From: Lentimicrobiaceae bacterium
Lineage (GTDB): Bacteria; Bacteroidota; Bacteroidia; Bacteroidales; F082
Direction: 5' to 3'
DNA: 64,000 nucleotides
Assembly (NCBI GenBank): GCA_015061365.1
Contig: SUWS01000002.1
Coordinates: 22,806-86,805 of the forward strand
Below, piece after piece: positions 29,201 through 39,338 of the stretch. Each line of letters begins with the position of its first letter. Within the stretch, counting starts at the first letter, position 1. The translations under genes were made by a program, and so were the position numbers. The notes beneath the pieces were generated by a model. The model did no database searches. It was not told the origin of the DNA and was given only the letters and a program-made list of their open reading frames with translations.

Positions 29201-30280
29201 ATGAACAAAAATCACCTTATTATTATGGCTGGCGGCGTCGGCTCTCGTTTTTGGCCTATGAGCACGCCTGAAAAACCTAAACAGTTTATCGATGTTCTCG
29301 GTATCGGTAAATCTCTTATACAACTTACAGTTGAACGTTTTGATACTGTCATTCCTATTGAAAATGTATGGATTGTTACTTCAGAAAAATATAAATCTAT
29401 AGTCAGAGAACAACTTCCTGGTGTTCCGGAAACTCAGATTTTGTTGGAGCCTTGCATGAGAAATACCGCTCCTTGTATCGAATATGTGAGTCGTAAGATT
29501 TATGCAAAATATCCAGAAGCAAATCTCGTTTTCTCTCCGGCAGACCATATCGTCCTTGATGTTAATAGATTCAGAGAAGTAATAAAAGATTCTTTGGAGT
29601 TTACAGAAAACCGTGATGCTATCTTGACATTGGGTATGATGCCTACAAGACCAGAAACTGGTTATGGATACATTAAATCCTGCGGATGTCAACAGTCAAC
29701 AGAAACTCACGTAGAGGCACACGAACGTGTATCTGATATCCATAAAGTTGAAGCATTTAAAGAGAAACCGAATTTAGAAACAGCAAAATCATATCTCGCA
29801 GATGGCGGTTATTATTGGAATGCTGGTATCTTCATTTGGAGTGCTAAGATGGTTGTCAATACAATAGCTTCTTTAGTCCCGGATTTGGCATCAGTTTTCG
29901 ATAAGATTGAACCTTATTTCTACACGGAACAAGAACAGGAAATCATAAACCAATATTTCCCGACTTGTCCTAACATCTCCATCGATTATGCCGTAATGGA
30001 AAAATCTAAGGATGTGTTCGTTTATCCCGCTAACTTCGGATGGAGCGACCTCGGTACTTGGGGTAGTCTCTATACTCATCTCGAACAAGATGAAAACAAT
30101 AACGCCGTTGTCGGTCAGAATGTGAATATGGTAGACTGTAAGAATTGCGTAGTTCACACTCCATCAGAACGTAAAGTCGTTATACAAGGTCTGGATAATT
30201 ATATCGTCGCGGAAAGCGATAATACTCTTCTGATATGCAAAAAAGAAGAAGAGCAACATATAAAAGATTGGCAAAAATAA
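29201..30280 (+). CDS. Mannose-1-phosphate guanylyltransferase (ManC-type)
   Basis: HLIIMAGGVGSRFWPMSTPEKPKQFIDVLG...PADH...GYGYI..., and FGWSDLGTWGSLY. Confidence 0.85.
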   Translation: MNKNHLIIMAGGVGSRFWPMSTPEKPKQFIDVLGIGKSLIQLTVERFDTVIPIENVWIVTSEKYKSIVREQLPGVPETQILLEPCMRNTAPCIEYVSRKIYAKYPEANLVFSPADHIVLDVNRFREVIKDSLEFTENRDAILTLGMMPTRPETGYGYIKSCGCQQSTETHVEAHERVSDIHKVEAFKEKPNLETAKSYLADGGYYWNAGIFIWSAKMVVNTIASLVPDLASVFDKIEPYFYTEQEQEIINQYFPTCPNISIDYAVMEKSKDVFVYPANFGWSDLGTWGSLYTHLEQDENNNAVVGQNVNMVDCKNCVVHTPSERKVVIQGLDNYIVAESDNTLLICKKEEEQHIKDWQK

Positions 30281-30343
30281 AACTACGATAAATGCGGATA
30301 AAGACAGTTGACTGTTGTCTGTTATCCTCCAAAACAAAGTAAT

Positions 30344-32278
30344 ATGAGAAGATTATTTAAGAATTTAGCGTTGGCATTATTCAGGGGTAGATATGCGTCG
30401 CGCTCATTTTCAAAATGGTTAGTACTGCTATTTGACAGTATGTTATTTTTCGTGTCGTTTTGGATATATATATTAGTGAAGTATATATATCATTTGAGCG
30501 ACTTGAACATCGTTGCCGAAATACCTCATCTGGTGACTTTGTTTTTGGCATTCCTTATAAACTCGTTTATCTTCGACTCATACAAAGGACTTGTCCGTTA
30601 CAGCGGATTCGGCGATATAAAGAAGATAGGGTTTGTGTGCTTGGGAATGTTTATCATGGTGTTTATGGCTAAATATATATGTGTAAGATATACAGCTATC
30701 CCAATTAACTACTGGTTTGTGTCGTATACCGAAACGATATTCGTAGCGATGCTTACATTTATCTCGATGACATTTTCTCGTTTGATTATCAGACGTATCT
30801 ATAACGAGAATATTAGTCATAAGCAAGAACCGATAAACACAATTATCTACGGTGCTGGAGATGCTGGTATTGTAACAAAGAAAGCCGTCGAACAAGATAC
30901 TTCATGCTATTATAACATAATTGCTTTTGTTGATGATTCCAACAATAAAGTAGGTAAAATGATAAATGGAGTGCCTGTGTACAAACCGTATAAGGTTATT
31001 AATAAGGAATTTATTGATAAGTATGATATAAAGATGTTTATCTTCGCTATTCCGAGCCTCGATTATAAAAAAAGAAGAATAATCATTAATGAGATAGTCG
31101 ATTTGGGCGTTGATGTGAAATCGGTTCCTTTCCTTAACAATTGGATAGATAATAACCTTACGGCGGATCAGATTGAAGAAATTAAAATAGAAGATTTGTT
31201 AGGAAGAGAACCTATAGTTCTTGGAAAGGAAAATGTCACAGAAGGTCTCAAAGGTAAAGTCATTATGGTGACAGGTGCAGCTGGTTCGATAGGTAGCGAG
31301 ATTTGCCGTCAGGTTCTTCATTATAAACCTAAGAAGCTGATTCTTGTAGATCAGGCAGAGTCGCCATTATATGACATTCAGTTTGAACTTAGAAATAATG
31401 AGCCTTATCGTTCGTTCAATGTCCCGATGGAATTTGTGATTGGAAATGTGAAGGACTCCATCAAGATGAGAGAGGTGTTCTCTAAACATCAGCCTCAGAT
31501 TGTATATCATGCGGCTGCATACAAACATGTTCCTCTTATGGAAGAGTTTCCTTACGAAGCTGTGTTTGTCAATGTTTTGGGAACTAAGAACGTAGCTGAT
31601 TTGGCAATAGAATTCGGTGTAGAAAAGTTCGTTATGGTTTCTACAGATAAAGCTGTTAACCCGACAAACGTAATGGGCGCAACAAAACGTATCGCTGAGA
31701 TTTATACACAAAGCCGTAAAGCGGAAAAGACAGCATTTGTTACAACACGCTTCGGTAATGTGCTGGGTTCTAATGGTTCGGTTATCCCATTGTTTAAAAA
31801 GCAGTTGGCGAACGGTGGTCCTCTTACAGTTACTGACAGAAATATCATCCGCTATTTTATGACAATCCCTGAAGCTTGTAGTCTCGTTCTTGAAGCAGGT
31901 GTTATGGGTGAAAGAGAAGATATTTTCGTTTTCGACATGGGTGAACCTGTTAAGATTTACGATCTTGCTAAGAAAATGATTAAATTATCACATAAACAAA
32001 ATATTGAAATTGAGATAACAGGGTTGAGACCTGGCGAAAAACTATATGAAGAATTGCTCTCTACCAAAGAAAATACAATACCGACAGAACATGCTAAGAT
32101 TATGAGAGCAAAGGTGCGCCGCTATACGGAAGAGGAAGTGAACGAAAAAATAGACACTCTCATCAACCTGATACCAACCTGCGATGATTTCAAAATCGTG
32201 GCTCAGATGAAAAACATCGTCCCTGAATTCATCAGCAATAATTCAGTTTACTCTTGCTTAGATAAGAAAGAAAATTAA
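30344..32278 (+). CDS. Membrane-anchored polysaccharide biosynthesis protein CapD/WbpM/PglF-like (NDP-sugar 4,6-dehydratase)
   Basis: N-terminal TM segments, VMVTGAAGSIGSE, YHAAAYKHVP and MGATKRIAE motifs. Confidence 0.85.
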   Translation: MRRLFKNLALALFRGRYASRSFSKWLVLLFDSMLFFVSFWIYILVKYIYHLSDLNIVAEIPHLVTLFLAFLINSFIFDSYKGLVRYSGFGDIKKIGFVCLGMFIMVFMAKYICVRYTAIPINYWFVSYTETIFVAMLTFISMTFSRLIIRRIYNENISHKQEPINTIIYGAGDAGIVTKKAVEQDTSCYYNIIAFVDDSNNKVGKMINGVPVYKPYKVINKEFIDKYDIKMFIFAIPSLDYKKRRIIINEIVDLGVDVKSVPFLNNWIDNNLTADQIEEIKIEDLLGREPIVLGKENVTEGLKGKVIMVTGAAGSIGSEICRQVLHYKPKKLILVDQAESPLYDIQFELRNNEPYRSFNVPMEFVIGNVKDSIKMREVFSKHQPQIVYHAAAYKHVPLMEEFPYEAVFVNVLGTKNVADLAIEFGVEKFVMVSTDKAVNPTNVMGATKRIAEIYTQSRKAEKTAFVTTRFGNVLGSNGSVIPLFKKQLANGGPLTVTDRNIIRYFMTIPEACSLVLEAGVMGEREDIFVFDMGEPVKIYDLAKKMIKLSHKQNIEIEITGLRPGEKLYEELLSTKENTIPTEHAKIMRAKVRRYTEEEVNEKIDTLINLIPTCDDFKIVAQMKNIVPEFISNNSVYSCLDKKEN

Positions 32279-32281
32279 ACT

Positions 32282-33925
32282 ATGAAGAAAATTATTTACA
32301 CACTATTAATATGTCTGCTTGCCGCAACATATTCTTACGCACAAGAACTTCTTATCCCTCTCAACGATGATTATGAGATGGAGATACAGACGGCAGCATA
32401 CAGTTCCGACTATCGTTTTCATACCGCAATGAAGTCATGGTCGGAATATCAGTTTAAAGATATTCTTGATTTGGACAGCCTTAATAAATCGCAGTTTATA
32501 GTTAAGAATTATAATAAGAAATGGAAAAACATAGTCTGGAATTCCGTTTTTAACACAGATTTTATCGGCGCAAGGACCGATGATTTTTATATCGGTATCA
32601 ATCCTATCGTTGATTTTCAAGTCGGTAAAGACGGAAGCAAAAGCACTTGGGTAAATACTCGCGGTGCTGAAGTGAAAGGAACTATTGGAGATAACTTCGC
32701 TTTCTATACTAACCTAAGGGAGAATCAAGCCGTATTTCCAGATTATATTACAGATTTTGCGAATGTAAATAGAGTTGTTCCTGGACAAGGTCACGCCAGA
32801 ACATTTAAAGAAACAGGCTTCGATTATGCCAACGCTTCTGCATATATTTCATTACGTCCTATGTATTGGCTTAATGGAACTCTCGGCTACGGTAAGAACT
32901 TCATCGGCGACGGCTATCGTTCTTTGATATTGTCGGATAATGCTTTCGCCTATCCTTACGTAAAACTCACTGCCGATGTTTGGAATATTCAATATACATG
33001 TCTTTATTCGCAGATGTCGGATAAAAACAGAGTCCTTGATGACGATACTTTCGCGAGAAAAAATGTTGTGATACATTATTTAGATTGGGCCGTTACCAAA
33101 CGTCTTAACTTAGGACTTTTCGACGCTATGGTTTGTAAAGGTCAGGATGAGAATGGCGTGAGAAGAGGTCTGGATTTTCAATATATAAATCCAATTATCT
33201 TCTTGAGAACGACAGACTATTATGTCGGCGACTCTCCTGATAACGCACTGCTTGGAGCAACAGCGAGTTTCATCGCTGGAAAACATACTACCTTCTATGC
33301 GCAATTTGTTTTAGACGAAATGACAGTGAAGGAATTTATTGGAGGCAATGGCTATTGGGCTAATAAACAATCTTATCAGTTCGGTGTGAAAAGCTTCGAT
33401 TGTTTCAATGTGAAGAATCTTTTCCTTCAGGGAGAATTTAATATGGTGAGACCTTATATGTATTCACATTATGACGGAGAAGATAATTATGCGCATCTCA
33501 ACCAGCCGCTCGCACATCCTTGGGGAGCTAACTTCTATGAAATAGTAGCGAGAGCGCAATACAACTACAAGCGTTTCTATTTCCAATATAAGATGAACTT
33601 CGGTCAATGGGGAGATGACATTACAACAGAAGATGGTGAGTTCCAATATTACGGTCATGACATTTATCATAACTATTACGATTATTACCAGATTGAAGGA
33701 TATGAAAAACCATATTACGGACATTATATGCTGACTGGAGAACTGAATACATTGATGATGAATAATTTTGTTGTCTCATGGTTGGTTAATCCTTCATATA
33801 ATCTCAATGTCTTTGCTGAGGTCACACATAGAAATCAGAGGATTGAAGGACTTGATGATATAAACGACTTTATTATCAGTTTTGGAATCAGAACGACATT
33901 AGACAGAAAATATTACGATTTTTAA
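32282..33925 (+). CDS. Outer-membrane beta-barrel protein, Wzi/RemB-like (tentative)
   Basis: Signal peptide MKKIIYTLLICLLAATYSYAQ, aromatic-rich alternating pattern and a terminal ...YYDF. Polysaccharide locus context. Confidence 0.4.
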   Translation: MKKIIYTLLICLLAATYSYAQELLIPLNDDYEMEIQTAAYSSDYRFHTAMKSWSEYQFKDILDLDSLNKSQFIVKNYNKKWKNIVWNSVFNTDFIGARTDDFYIGINPIVDFQVGKDGSKSTWVNTRGAEVKGTIGDNFAFYTNLRENQAVFPDYITDFANVNRVVPGQGHARTFKETGFDYANASAYISLRPMYWLNGTLGYGKNFIGDGYRSLILSDNAFAYPYVKLTADVWNIQYTCLYSQMSDKNRVLDDDTFARKNVVIHYLDWAVTKRLNLGLFDAMVCKGQDENGVRRGLDFQYINPIIFLRTTDYYVGDSPDNALLGATASFIAGKHTTFYAQFVLDEMTVKEFIGGNGYWANKQSYQFGVKSFDCFNVKNLFLQGEFNMVRPYMYSHYDGEDNYAHLNQPLAHPWGANFYEIVARAQYNYKRFYFQYKMNFGQWGDDITTEDGEFQYYGHDIYHNYYDYYQIEGYEKPYYGHYMLTGELNTLMMNNFVVSWLVNPSYNLNVFAEVTHRNQRIEGLDDINDFIISFGIRTTLDRKYYDF

Positions 33926-33928
33926 GAG

Positions 33929-35410
33929 ATGTTATTGTCATTTAAAGGTTTGAAACCATTTCAACTAAGCGAATATATTTTTTTAGTATTATTCGCTTTT
34001 TTCGTTCCTATGTCATGGCGAATTGCGACATACGCTATGATAGGACTTTTTGTATGTACAATCTTAAAAGGAATCTTTGAAGAAGGCTTTAAGACAAATG
34101 AATTACAATACAGAAACAAATTCGCATATTTTATCTTCATCGCATTTTGGATAATTTATGCGATAAGTTTTTTATATTCAGAAAATACTGCCGAAGCAAG
34201 AGTGCAGATAGGAAAGAAGCTGTCGTTCTTGCTTTTTCCATTATTCTTCATGACCTCAAATTTATCATATCTGACAAAAGACAGAGTCAGAACCGTAATG
34301 TATTGTTTTGTCATAGGAATATTGACATTGTTCGTGATAAATCTATTTTGGGCTGGGTATGATGTGATATTTGAAGGAGCGAAAGTAAGTCGTTTTTATG
34401 AACCAGATTTGTTAAAAAAAGGTACTGGATATATTCATCATTCTTACACATCTATATATTCTTGCTTAGGAATAAGTTTCTGCTTTTATGAATTATTTAA
34501 TGAAAATAAAATAGGATTAAAGTTGTTCAACATTATTACTGTAATCACATTGATACTTTTTATTGCTCTCTCAAGTTCAAGAGCAGGTCTGCTGTGTGTC
34601 ACAATAATATTTGTCACTACATGGTTTTGGCTTACTTTCGTTAAAAAAGAAACGAAATTAGGAGTAAGTGTCGGTGTGATAATTCTGTGCATAGTGATTA
34701 CTTGTTCCATCGTTTTTAATAAAAGCATCAAAAGAATTACAGAAACCATTACAAATCTTGATAATATTGAAAGACAAGACAGAAGAATCGGTATAACCAT
34801 AGGATATAAAGATTTGCTGATAGACAAATTCTGGTTTGGAGTAGGTGCTGGCGACAGAAGTGAAGAAACATTAAATAGTTATTTAAGAAAAAAAGAGGAT
34901 ATAATACAGAAAATAAAACCAGTAAAAACTTCTGACTGTTTTGATCAGGAAAGAAGAACATGCCTTGACAGTATTAATAAGAAATCAGGAGGCAGTCTTA
35001 ATAATTCAACATTTAAATATGCAGAAGAATTGGCTGAAAAATATAATTGTGATTATAATTCTGTCAGAGAAAATTTGGCAACATATATAAATATAAATGT
35101 TGCAATAAATAGTGATTGCAACGCCCACAACCAATTCTCCGACACTATAATAGCTGTCGGTGTTATAGGACTGATTCTGCTGCTTTCTTTCTTCATATAT
35201 CCTATCTTTCTTTGGATTAAGAATAAAAACTTCGACATAGTATTTTTCTCATTATTGCTGATCATCGCTTTTAACTCATTGTTTGAGTCGGTGCTTGAAC
35301 GCCAGATGGGAATTATGTTCTTCGTGTTTTTCTACTTCTTGTTGTTCCATGGGAACTTTTGTCAACAGACAACTGAAAATAGTCAACAGACCTTGTCCAA
35401 TTTAAAATAA
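33929..35410 (+). CDS. O-antigen ligase/polymerase family membrane protein (Wzy_C)
   Basis: SSSRAGLLCV..., and AHNQFSDTIIAVGVIGL (Wzy_C loop motif). Multi-pass membrane protein. Confidence 0.7.
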   Translation: MLLSFKGLKPFQLSEYIFLVLFAFFVPMSWRIATYAMIGLFVCTILKGIFEEGFKTNELQYRNKFAYFIFIAFWIIYAISFLYSENTAEARVQIGKKLSFLLFPLFFMTSNLSYLTKDRVRTVMYCFVIGILTLFVINLFWAGYDVIFEGAKVSRFYEPDLLKKGTGYIHHSYTSIYSCLGISFCFYELFNENKIGLKLFNIITVITLILFIALSSSRAGLLCVTIIFVTTWFWLTFVKKETKLGVSVGVIILCIVITCSIVFNKSIKRITETITNLDNIERQDRRIGITIGYKDLLIDKFWFGVGAGDRSEETLNSYLRKKEDIIQKIKPVKTSDCFDQERRTCLDSINKKSGGSLNNSTFKYAEELAEKYNCDYNSVRENLATYININVAINSDCNAHNQFSDTIIAVGVIGLILLLSFFIYPIFLWIKNKNFDIVFFSLLLIIAFNSLFESVLERQMGIMFFVFFYFLLFHGNFCQQTTENSQQTLSNLK

Positions 35411-35420
35411 AGATTTTTAA

Positions 35421-36023
35421 ATGAGTAAGGGTTCTCTTTTCATAAAATATCTGTTTGATAAAATAATGGCATTAATTGGAATGGCAATTCTATTTCCTTT
35501 TATGTTTATAATTTTTATTATTCATAAGATTGTCATGCCTAAAGGCAAATTCCTTTTTTTACAAGAAAGAATCGGTCAATATGGAAAGCCGTTTTGGATT
35601 TACAAAATAAGAACGATGAAAGATGATGTCGATGATAATAATGTTTTTGTCACAACAGCTAATGATAAGAGAATTCTGCCTTTTGGCAGGTTTTTGAGAA
35701 AAACGAAACTTGATGAAATAGTTGAACTCGTCAATGTGTTAAAAGGAGAGATGAGTCTCGTTGGACCTCGTCCAGATGTTGCAGGTTATGCTGATAAACT
35801 TACAGGTGATGATAGAAAAATCCTCGAACTCCGTCCTGGAATAACGGGACCTGCTTCCCTAAAATATATCAATGAAGAAGAATTGTTGGCAAAAGTAGAT
35901 GACTCTAAAAAATATAACGACGAAATGATATATCCCGATAAAGTTAAAATTAATTTAGAATACTATTACAATAGAACTTTCTGGGGAGATATTAAGATAA
36001 TTTTCAAGACAATATTTAGGTGA
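35421..36023 (+). CDS. Initiating phosphoglycosyl transferase (second copy)
   Basis: ERIGQYGKPFWIYKIRTM...DEIVELVNVLKGEMSLVGPRPD...RPGITGPA. Confidence 0.85.
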   Translation: MSKGSLFIKYLFDKIMALIGMAILFPFMFIIFIIHKIVMPKGKFLFLQERIGQYGKPFWIYKIRTMKDDVDDNNVFVTTANDKRILPFGRFLRKTKLDEIVELVNVLKGEMSLVGPRPDVAGYADKLTGDDRKILELRPGITGPASLKYINEEELLAKVDDSKKYNDEMIYPDKVKINLEYYYNRTFWGDIKIIFKTIFR

Positions 36024-36061
36024 AATTGAAAGTTGGAAATTGAGAATTGGAAGTTATAGTT

Positions 36062-36886
36062 ATGAATTCCCAAATATTTTCGGCAAACTCTAAAGATTTA
36101 GTTTCGGTGATAACTCCAGCATTTAATAGCGGAAGATTTATTGCTGAGACGATAAATTCTGTATTGTCGCAGACTTATCGGAATTGGGAATTGATAATTG
36201 TTGATGACGGATCAACAGACGAAACCGTAAGGATTGTCAAATCGTTTCAAGAGAAAGATAATAGAATCCAACTATTCGAAAACGAATCCAATAAAGGATC
36301 TGCGTTCTCTCGTAATTTAGCGTTGAGAAATGCAAAAGGAAAATGGATAGCATTCTTGGATAGTGATGATGTATGGCATCCTGAAAAACTTGAAAAACAA
36401 ATCAAGTTTATGACTGAGAACAATTGTCATTTTTCATATACTAACTATTCTGAGATTGACGAAGATTCTGACGAAACAGGAGTTTTACTAACAGGTCCGA
36501 AAATAATTACTAGAAATAAGATGCTCGCCTATTGCTGGCCGGGTTGTTTGACAATAATGTATGATGCTGTATCTGTAGGAGTAATACAAACAATCGACAT
36601 AAGGATAAATGAAGAATATGCTCTTTGGATAAATGTTTCAAAAAAAACAGATTGTTATTTGCTTGATGAAAATTTGGCAAAATATCGCAGGCATTCTGAT
36701 TCTTTAAGCCATCAATCTTATTTTAAATTAATAAAATGGCATTATCTGATGTTTAGAGAATTAGATAATAATGTCGTTGCTTCATTATTTTTAACCGCTG
36801 GAAATCTTATTTTTGGTGTTTGTAAAAAGATAGTGTACCGTAGGAAAGTTAGTAAGGGTGAAATGAGTGAAAGGGTGAAAGGATGA
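36062..36886 (+). CDS. Glycosyltransferase family 2
   Basis: VSVITPAFNSGRFI...IIVDDGSTDET...WIAFLDSDDVW. Confidence 0.85.
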   Translation: MNSQIFSANSKDLVSVITPAFNSGRFIAETINSVLSQTYRNWELIIVDDGSTDETVRIVKSFQEKDNRIQLFENESNKGSAFSRNLALRNAKGKWIAFLDSDDVWHPEKLEKQIKFMTENNCHFSYTNYSEIDEDSDETGVLLTGPKIITRNKMLAYCWPGCLTIMYDAVSVGVIQTIDIRINEEYALWINVSKKTDCYLLDENLAKYRRHSDSLSHQSYFKLIKWHYLMFRELDNNVVASLFLTAGNLIFGVCKKIVYRRKVSKGEMSERVKG

Positions 36887-37698
36887 AAGGTTTAGAGAGA
36901 AAGTGTTTGTGGCGTTTGTATAAAAATGCTTGGATATTTTTAGAAGAGAGCAGGGAAAATCTACTTTCCAAAGAAGAAGCTAAATCTATTCTGAAAGATA
37001 AAGGTTGGATGATTCGTAATACTTACGATTTTGATACAAAGGAAGAAACATCGTTTTGGTTTATTATAAAGGATAAATTAGAAGATATATCTGAATTGCC
37101 ATTTTCGTCAAGAAGAAACATCAGGATTTCTCAAAGAAAATATTATTTCAATATAATAGATAAAGATCGTTTTGTAGAATCAGCATATCCGATATATGTT
37201 AAACAGCAGAAATCATTTGGGAATAGAATAGGGTCGAAAGATGATTTTAGGCAAATGATAGAAGAGTATGACAATGAAAGTCAGATTGATTTTTGGGTTG
37301 TTAATGATAAGGTGAATCAAGAAGTTGTTGCTTTCTCTATTAATAGAATAAAAGAAAACTCCTGCGAATACGATTTCATGGCTTGTGATCCCGAAGCTCT
37401 TCGTAATAGAACACATCCGTACTACGGCTTAATTTACACAATGAACCAATATTATCTCGGCGAAAAAAAACTGAAATATGTGTGCGACGGCTCTCGTTCC
37501 ATAACAGAACATTCCAATATACAGCCTTTTTTAGAGCATAATTTTAAGTTCAGAAAAGCTTACTGTAAACTCAGTATTCACTACAAATGGTGGCTTGGCG
37601 TCGTCGTAAAACTGCTTTTTCCGTTCAGAAATATCATCCCATTTAGAAAAGTAAAGGCTGTTTTGAAGATGGAAGCGTATTCTCGTGGGTTAAGATAA
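36883..37698 (+). CDS. Hypothetical protein, possibly GNAT/FemAB-like
   Basis: 271-aa ORF with a 4-nt overlap with the upstream GT2. There is only weak resemblance (SSRRNIRISQRK..., FWVV...VVAFSI) to FemAB-type acyl/aminoacyl transferases. Confidence 0.3.
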   Translation: MKGLERKCLWRLYKNAWIFLEESRENLLSKEEAKSILKDKGWMIRNTYDFDTKEETSFWFIIKDKLEDISELPFSSRRNIRISQRKYYFNIIDKDRFVESAYPIYVKQQKSFGNRIGSKDDFRQMIEEYDNESQIDFWVVNDKVNQEVVAFSINRIKENSCEYDFMACDPEALRNRTHPYYGLIYTMNQYYLGEKKLKYVCDGSRSITEHSNIQPFLEHNFKFRKAYCKLSIHYKWWLGVVVKLLFPFRNIIPFRKVKAVLKMEAYSRGLR

Positions 37699-37780
37699 AT
37701 TGATAATCAATTGTTTAAAATAAAAATAAAAATAATTTAAAAAAAATTAAAAAAATGTTTGCGTGTAAAGAAAAAAGATG

Positions 37781-37788
37781 TACCTTTG
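37781..37788 (+). promoter_or_regulatory. Bacteroidota -7 box TAccTTTG (with TTTG at 37758-37761)
   Basis: Exact TAnnTTTG 33 nt upstream of the tRNA, with an upstream TTTG at the appropriate spacing. Confidence 0.7.
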
Positions 37789-37820
37789 CAATCGCAATAC
37801 GGAGATAAAACGTAGCAAAC

Positions 37821-37894
37821 GCCTCCTTAGCTCAGTTGGTTAGAGCATCTGACTGTTAATCAGGGGGTCTCAGGTTCAAGTCCTGAAGGGGGCG
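37821..37894 (+). tRNA. tRNA-Asn (anticodon GTT)
   Basis: Hand-folded cloverleaf. Acceptor GCCTCCT/AGGGGGC, D arm GCTC..GAGC, anticodon loop CTGTTAA, T arm TCAGG TTCAAGT CCTGA. Confidence 0.9.
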
Positions 37895-37905
37895 CAAAGA
37901 GAGAG

Positions 37906-37927
37906 ATTACAAAGTGTAATTTTTTTA
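37906..37927 (+). terminator. Short hairpin plus T-tract after the tRNA
   Basis: attaca-aag-tgtaat followed by ttttttt. Confidence 0.5.
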
Positions 37928-38123
37928 TGTTTCATGTTATTAATTGAAGAAGATGGTTGCAGCTCACGCAATCATTTTCTTTTTTTGTCTGATCGGATTA
38001 AAGTTTAATGCTTAAGGTTTAAGGTTGTGAGATGATGATCGTATTTGGCAGATCGTTGTTTGGATAACTAAAGCCATTAAGTTAAAATTATGTGGATAAA
38101 GTTGGCATTCAAATAAGTTATAT

Positions 38124-39092
38124 ATGAAAAACGTAATAGGAATAGGAAGTGCATTGGTTGATATATTGACTCGTATCGATAATGATGACATACTTAAAGA
38201 GTTAGATATCCGCAAGGGTTCGATGCATCTTGTTGATGAGAAATCGACTGCAATAATTGAAAAGAGATTAGAGAATTATGAAAGTTCGATGGCTCCTGGC
38301 GGATCTGCTGCAAATACGATTCATGCTTTGTCGAAAATGGGTATCGAAAGCGGATTCATTTCTTTTATTGGGAAAGATGAAATTGGAAAGTTCTTTGAGA
38401 ATTCAATGAGCTCCGTAGGAGTGAAATCGTATCTTTTTCATACAGACACTGCTTCGGGTACGGCTCGCACAATTATTTCGGCGGATGGAGAACGTACCTT
38501 CGCTACAAACCTCGGCGCATCTCTCGAACTTAATGAAAGGGTAATTACATCCGATATATTTAAACAGTGGGACTATTGTTATGTTGAAGGTTATCTCATC
38601 GCAAATAAACCTGTATTCGTAAAAACCATCTCTACAGCAAAGGCTTGTGGCTGTAAGGTGGTTCTTGACCTCGCAAGTTTTAATGTTGTTGAAGAGAATC
38701 GTGATTTCTTGAATGAGCTGCTTCCGCAAATCGATATTATATTTGCAAATGAAGAAGAAGCTAAGGCTTTGACATTGATGAGCGCGGAAGAATCGTTACA
38801 TTATATAGCGGAAAAAGTGGAAATAGCAGTCGTTAAAGTCGGTAAGAATGGCTCGCTCATAAAAAGAGGAAATGAAGTCGTTCAAATTGGATGTAATAAG
38901 ATTGACGTTGTGGATACGACGGGAGCCGGTGATATGTATGCCGCAGGATTTCTCTATGGACTTATCAATGATTATGATTTGGAAAGTTGCGGAATTATAG
39001 GAAACCACTTGGCTGAAAGCATTATTCAGGTCATAGGAGCAAAGATGGATGAGGAACGTTGGGAGATGTTTAAGAAGAATTTGAGAAATTGA
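38124..39092 (+). CDS. PfkB-family carbohydrate/adenosine kinase
   Basis: GGSAANT... and the C-terminal DTTGAGDMYAAGFLYG motif. Confidence 0.85.
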   Translation: MKNVIGIGSALVDILTRIDNDDILKELDIRKGSMHLVDEKSTAIIEKRLENYESSMAPGGSAANTIHALSKMGIESGFISFIGKDEIGKFFENSMSSVGVKSYLFHTDTASGTARTIISADGERTFATNLGASLELNERVITSDIFKQWDYCYVEGYLIANKPVFVKTISTAKACGCKVVLDLASFNVVEENRDFLNELLPQIDIIFANEEEAKALTLMSAEESLHYIAEKVEIAVVKVGKNGSLIKRGNEVVQIGCNKIDVVDTTGAGDMYAAGFLYGLINDYDLESCGIIGNHLAESIIQVIGAKMDEERWEMFKKNLRN

Positions 39093-39249
39093 AAATCTGA
39101 AAATCTGAGAATCTGAAAACTTGAGAAATTGAGGATTTCTTCAGCTCGGGATTATTACTCAGACTCGTAGTTTATCAGGTTCTCAGTTTATAAATTCAAA
39201 CTTCTCATATTTTACTAAAAAATGTATTGCATTATTTAATTGAAATATG

Positions 39250-39257
39250 TATCTTTG
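39250..39257 (+). promoter_or_regulatory. -7 box TAtcTTTG upstream of the EF-G paralogue
   Basis: Exact TAnnTTTG about 80 nt upstream of ATG 39339. Confidence 0.6.
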
Positions 39258-39338
39258 CACTCCAAATTGGAAGAGTATACTTAGGGCGCGATAATTCACG
39301 TCCTTACGATTTAACAAAGAATTAATTTTAAAATAAAC

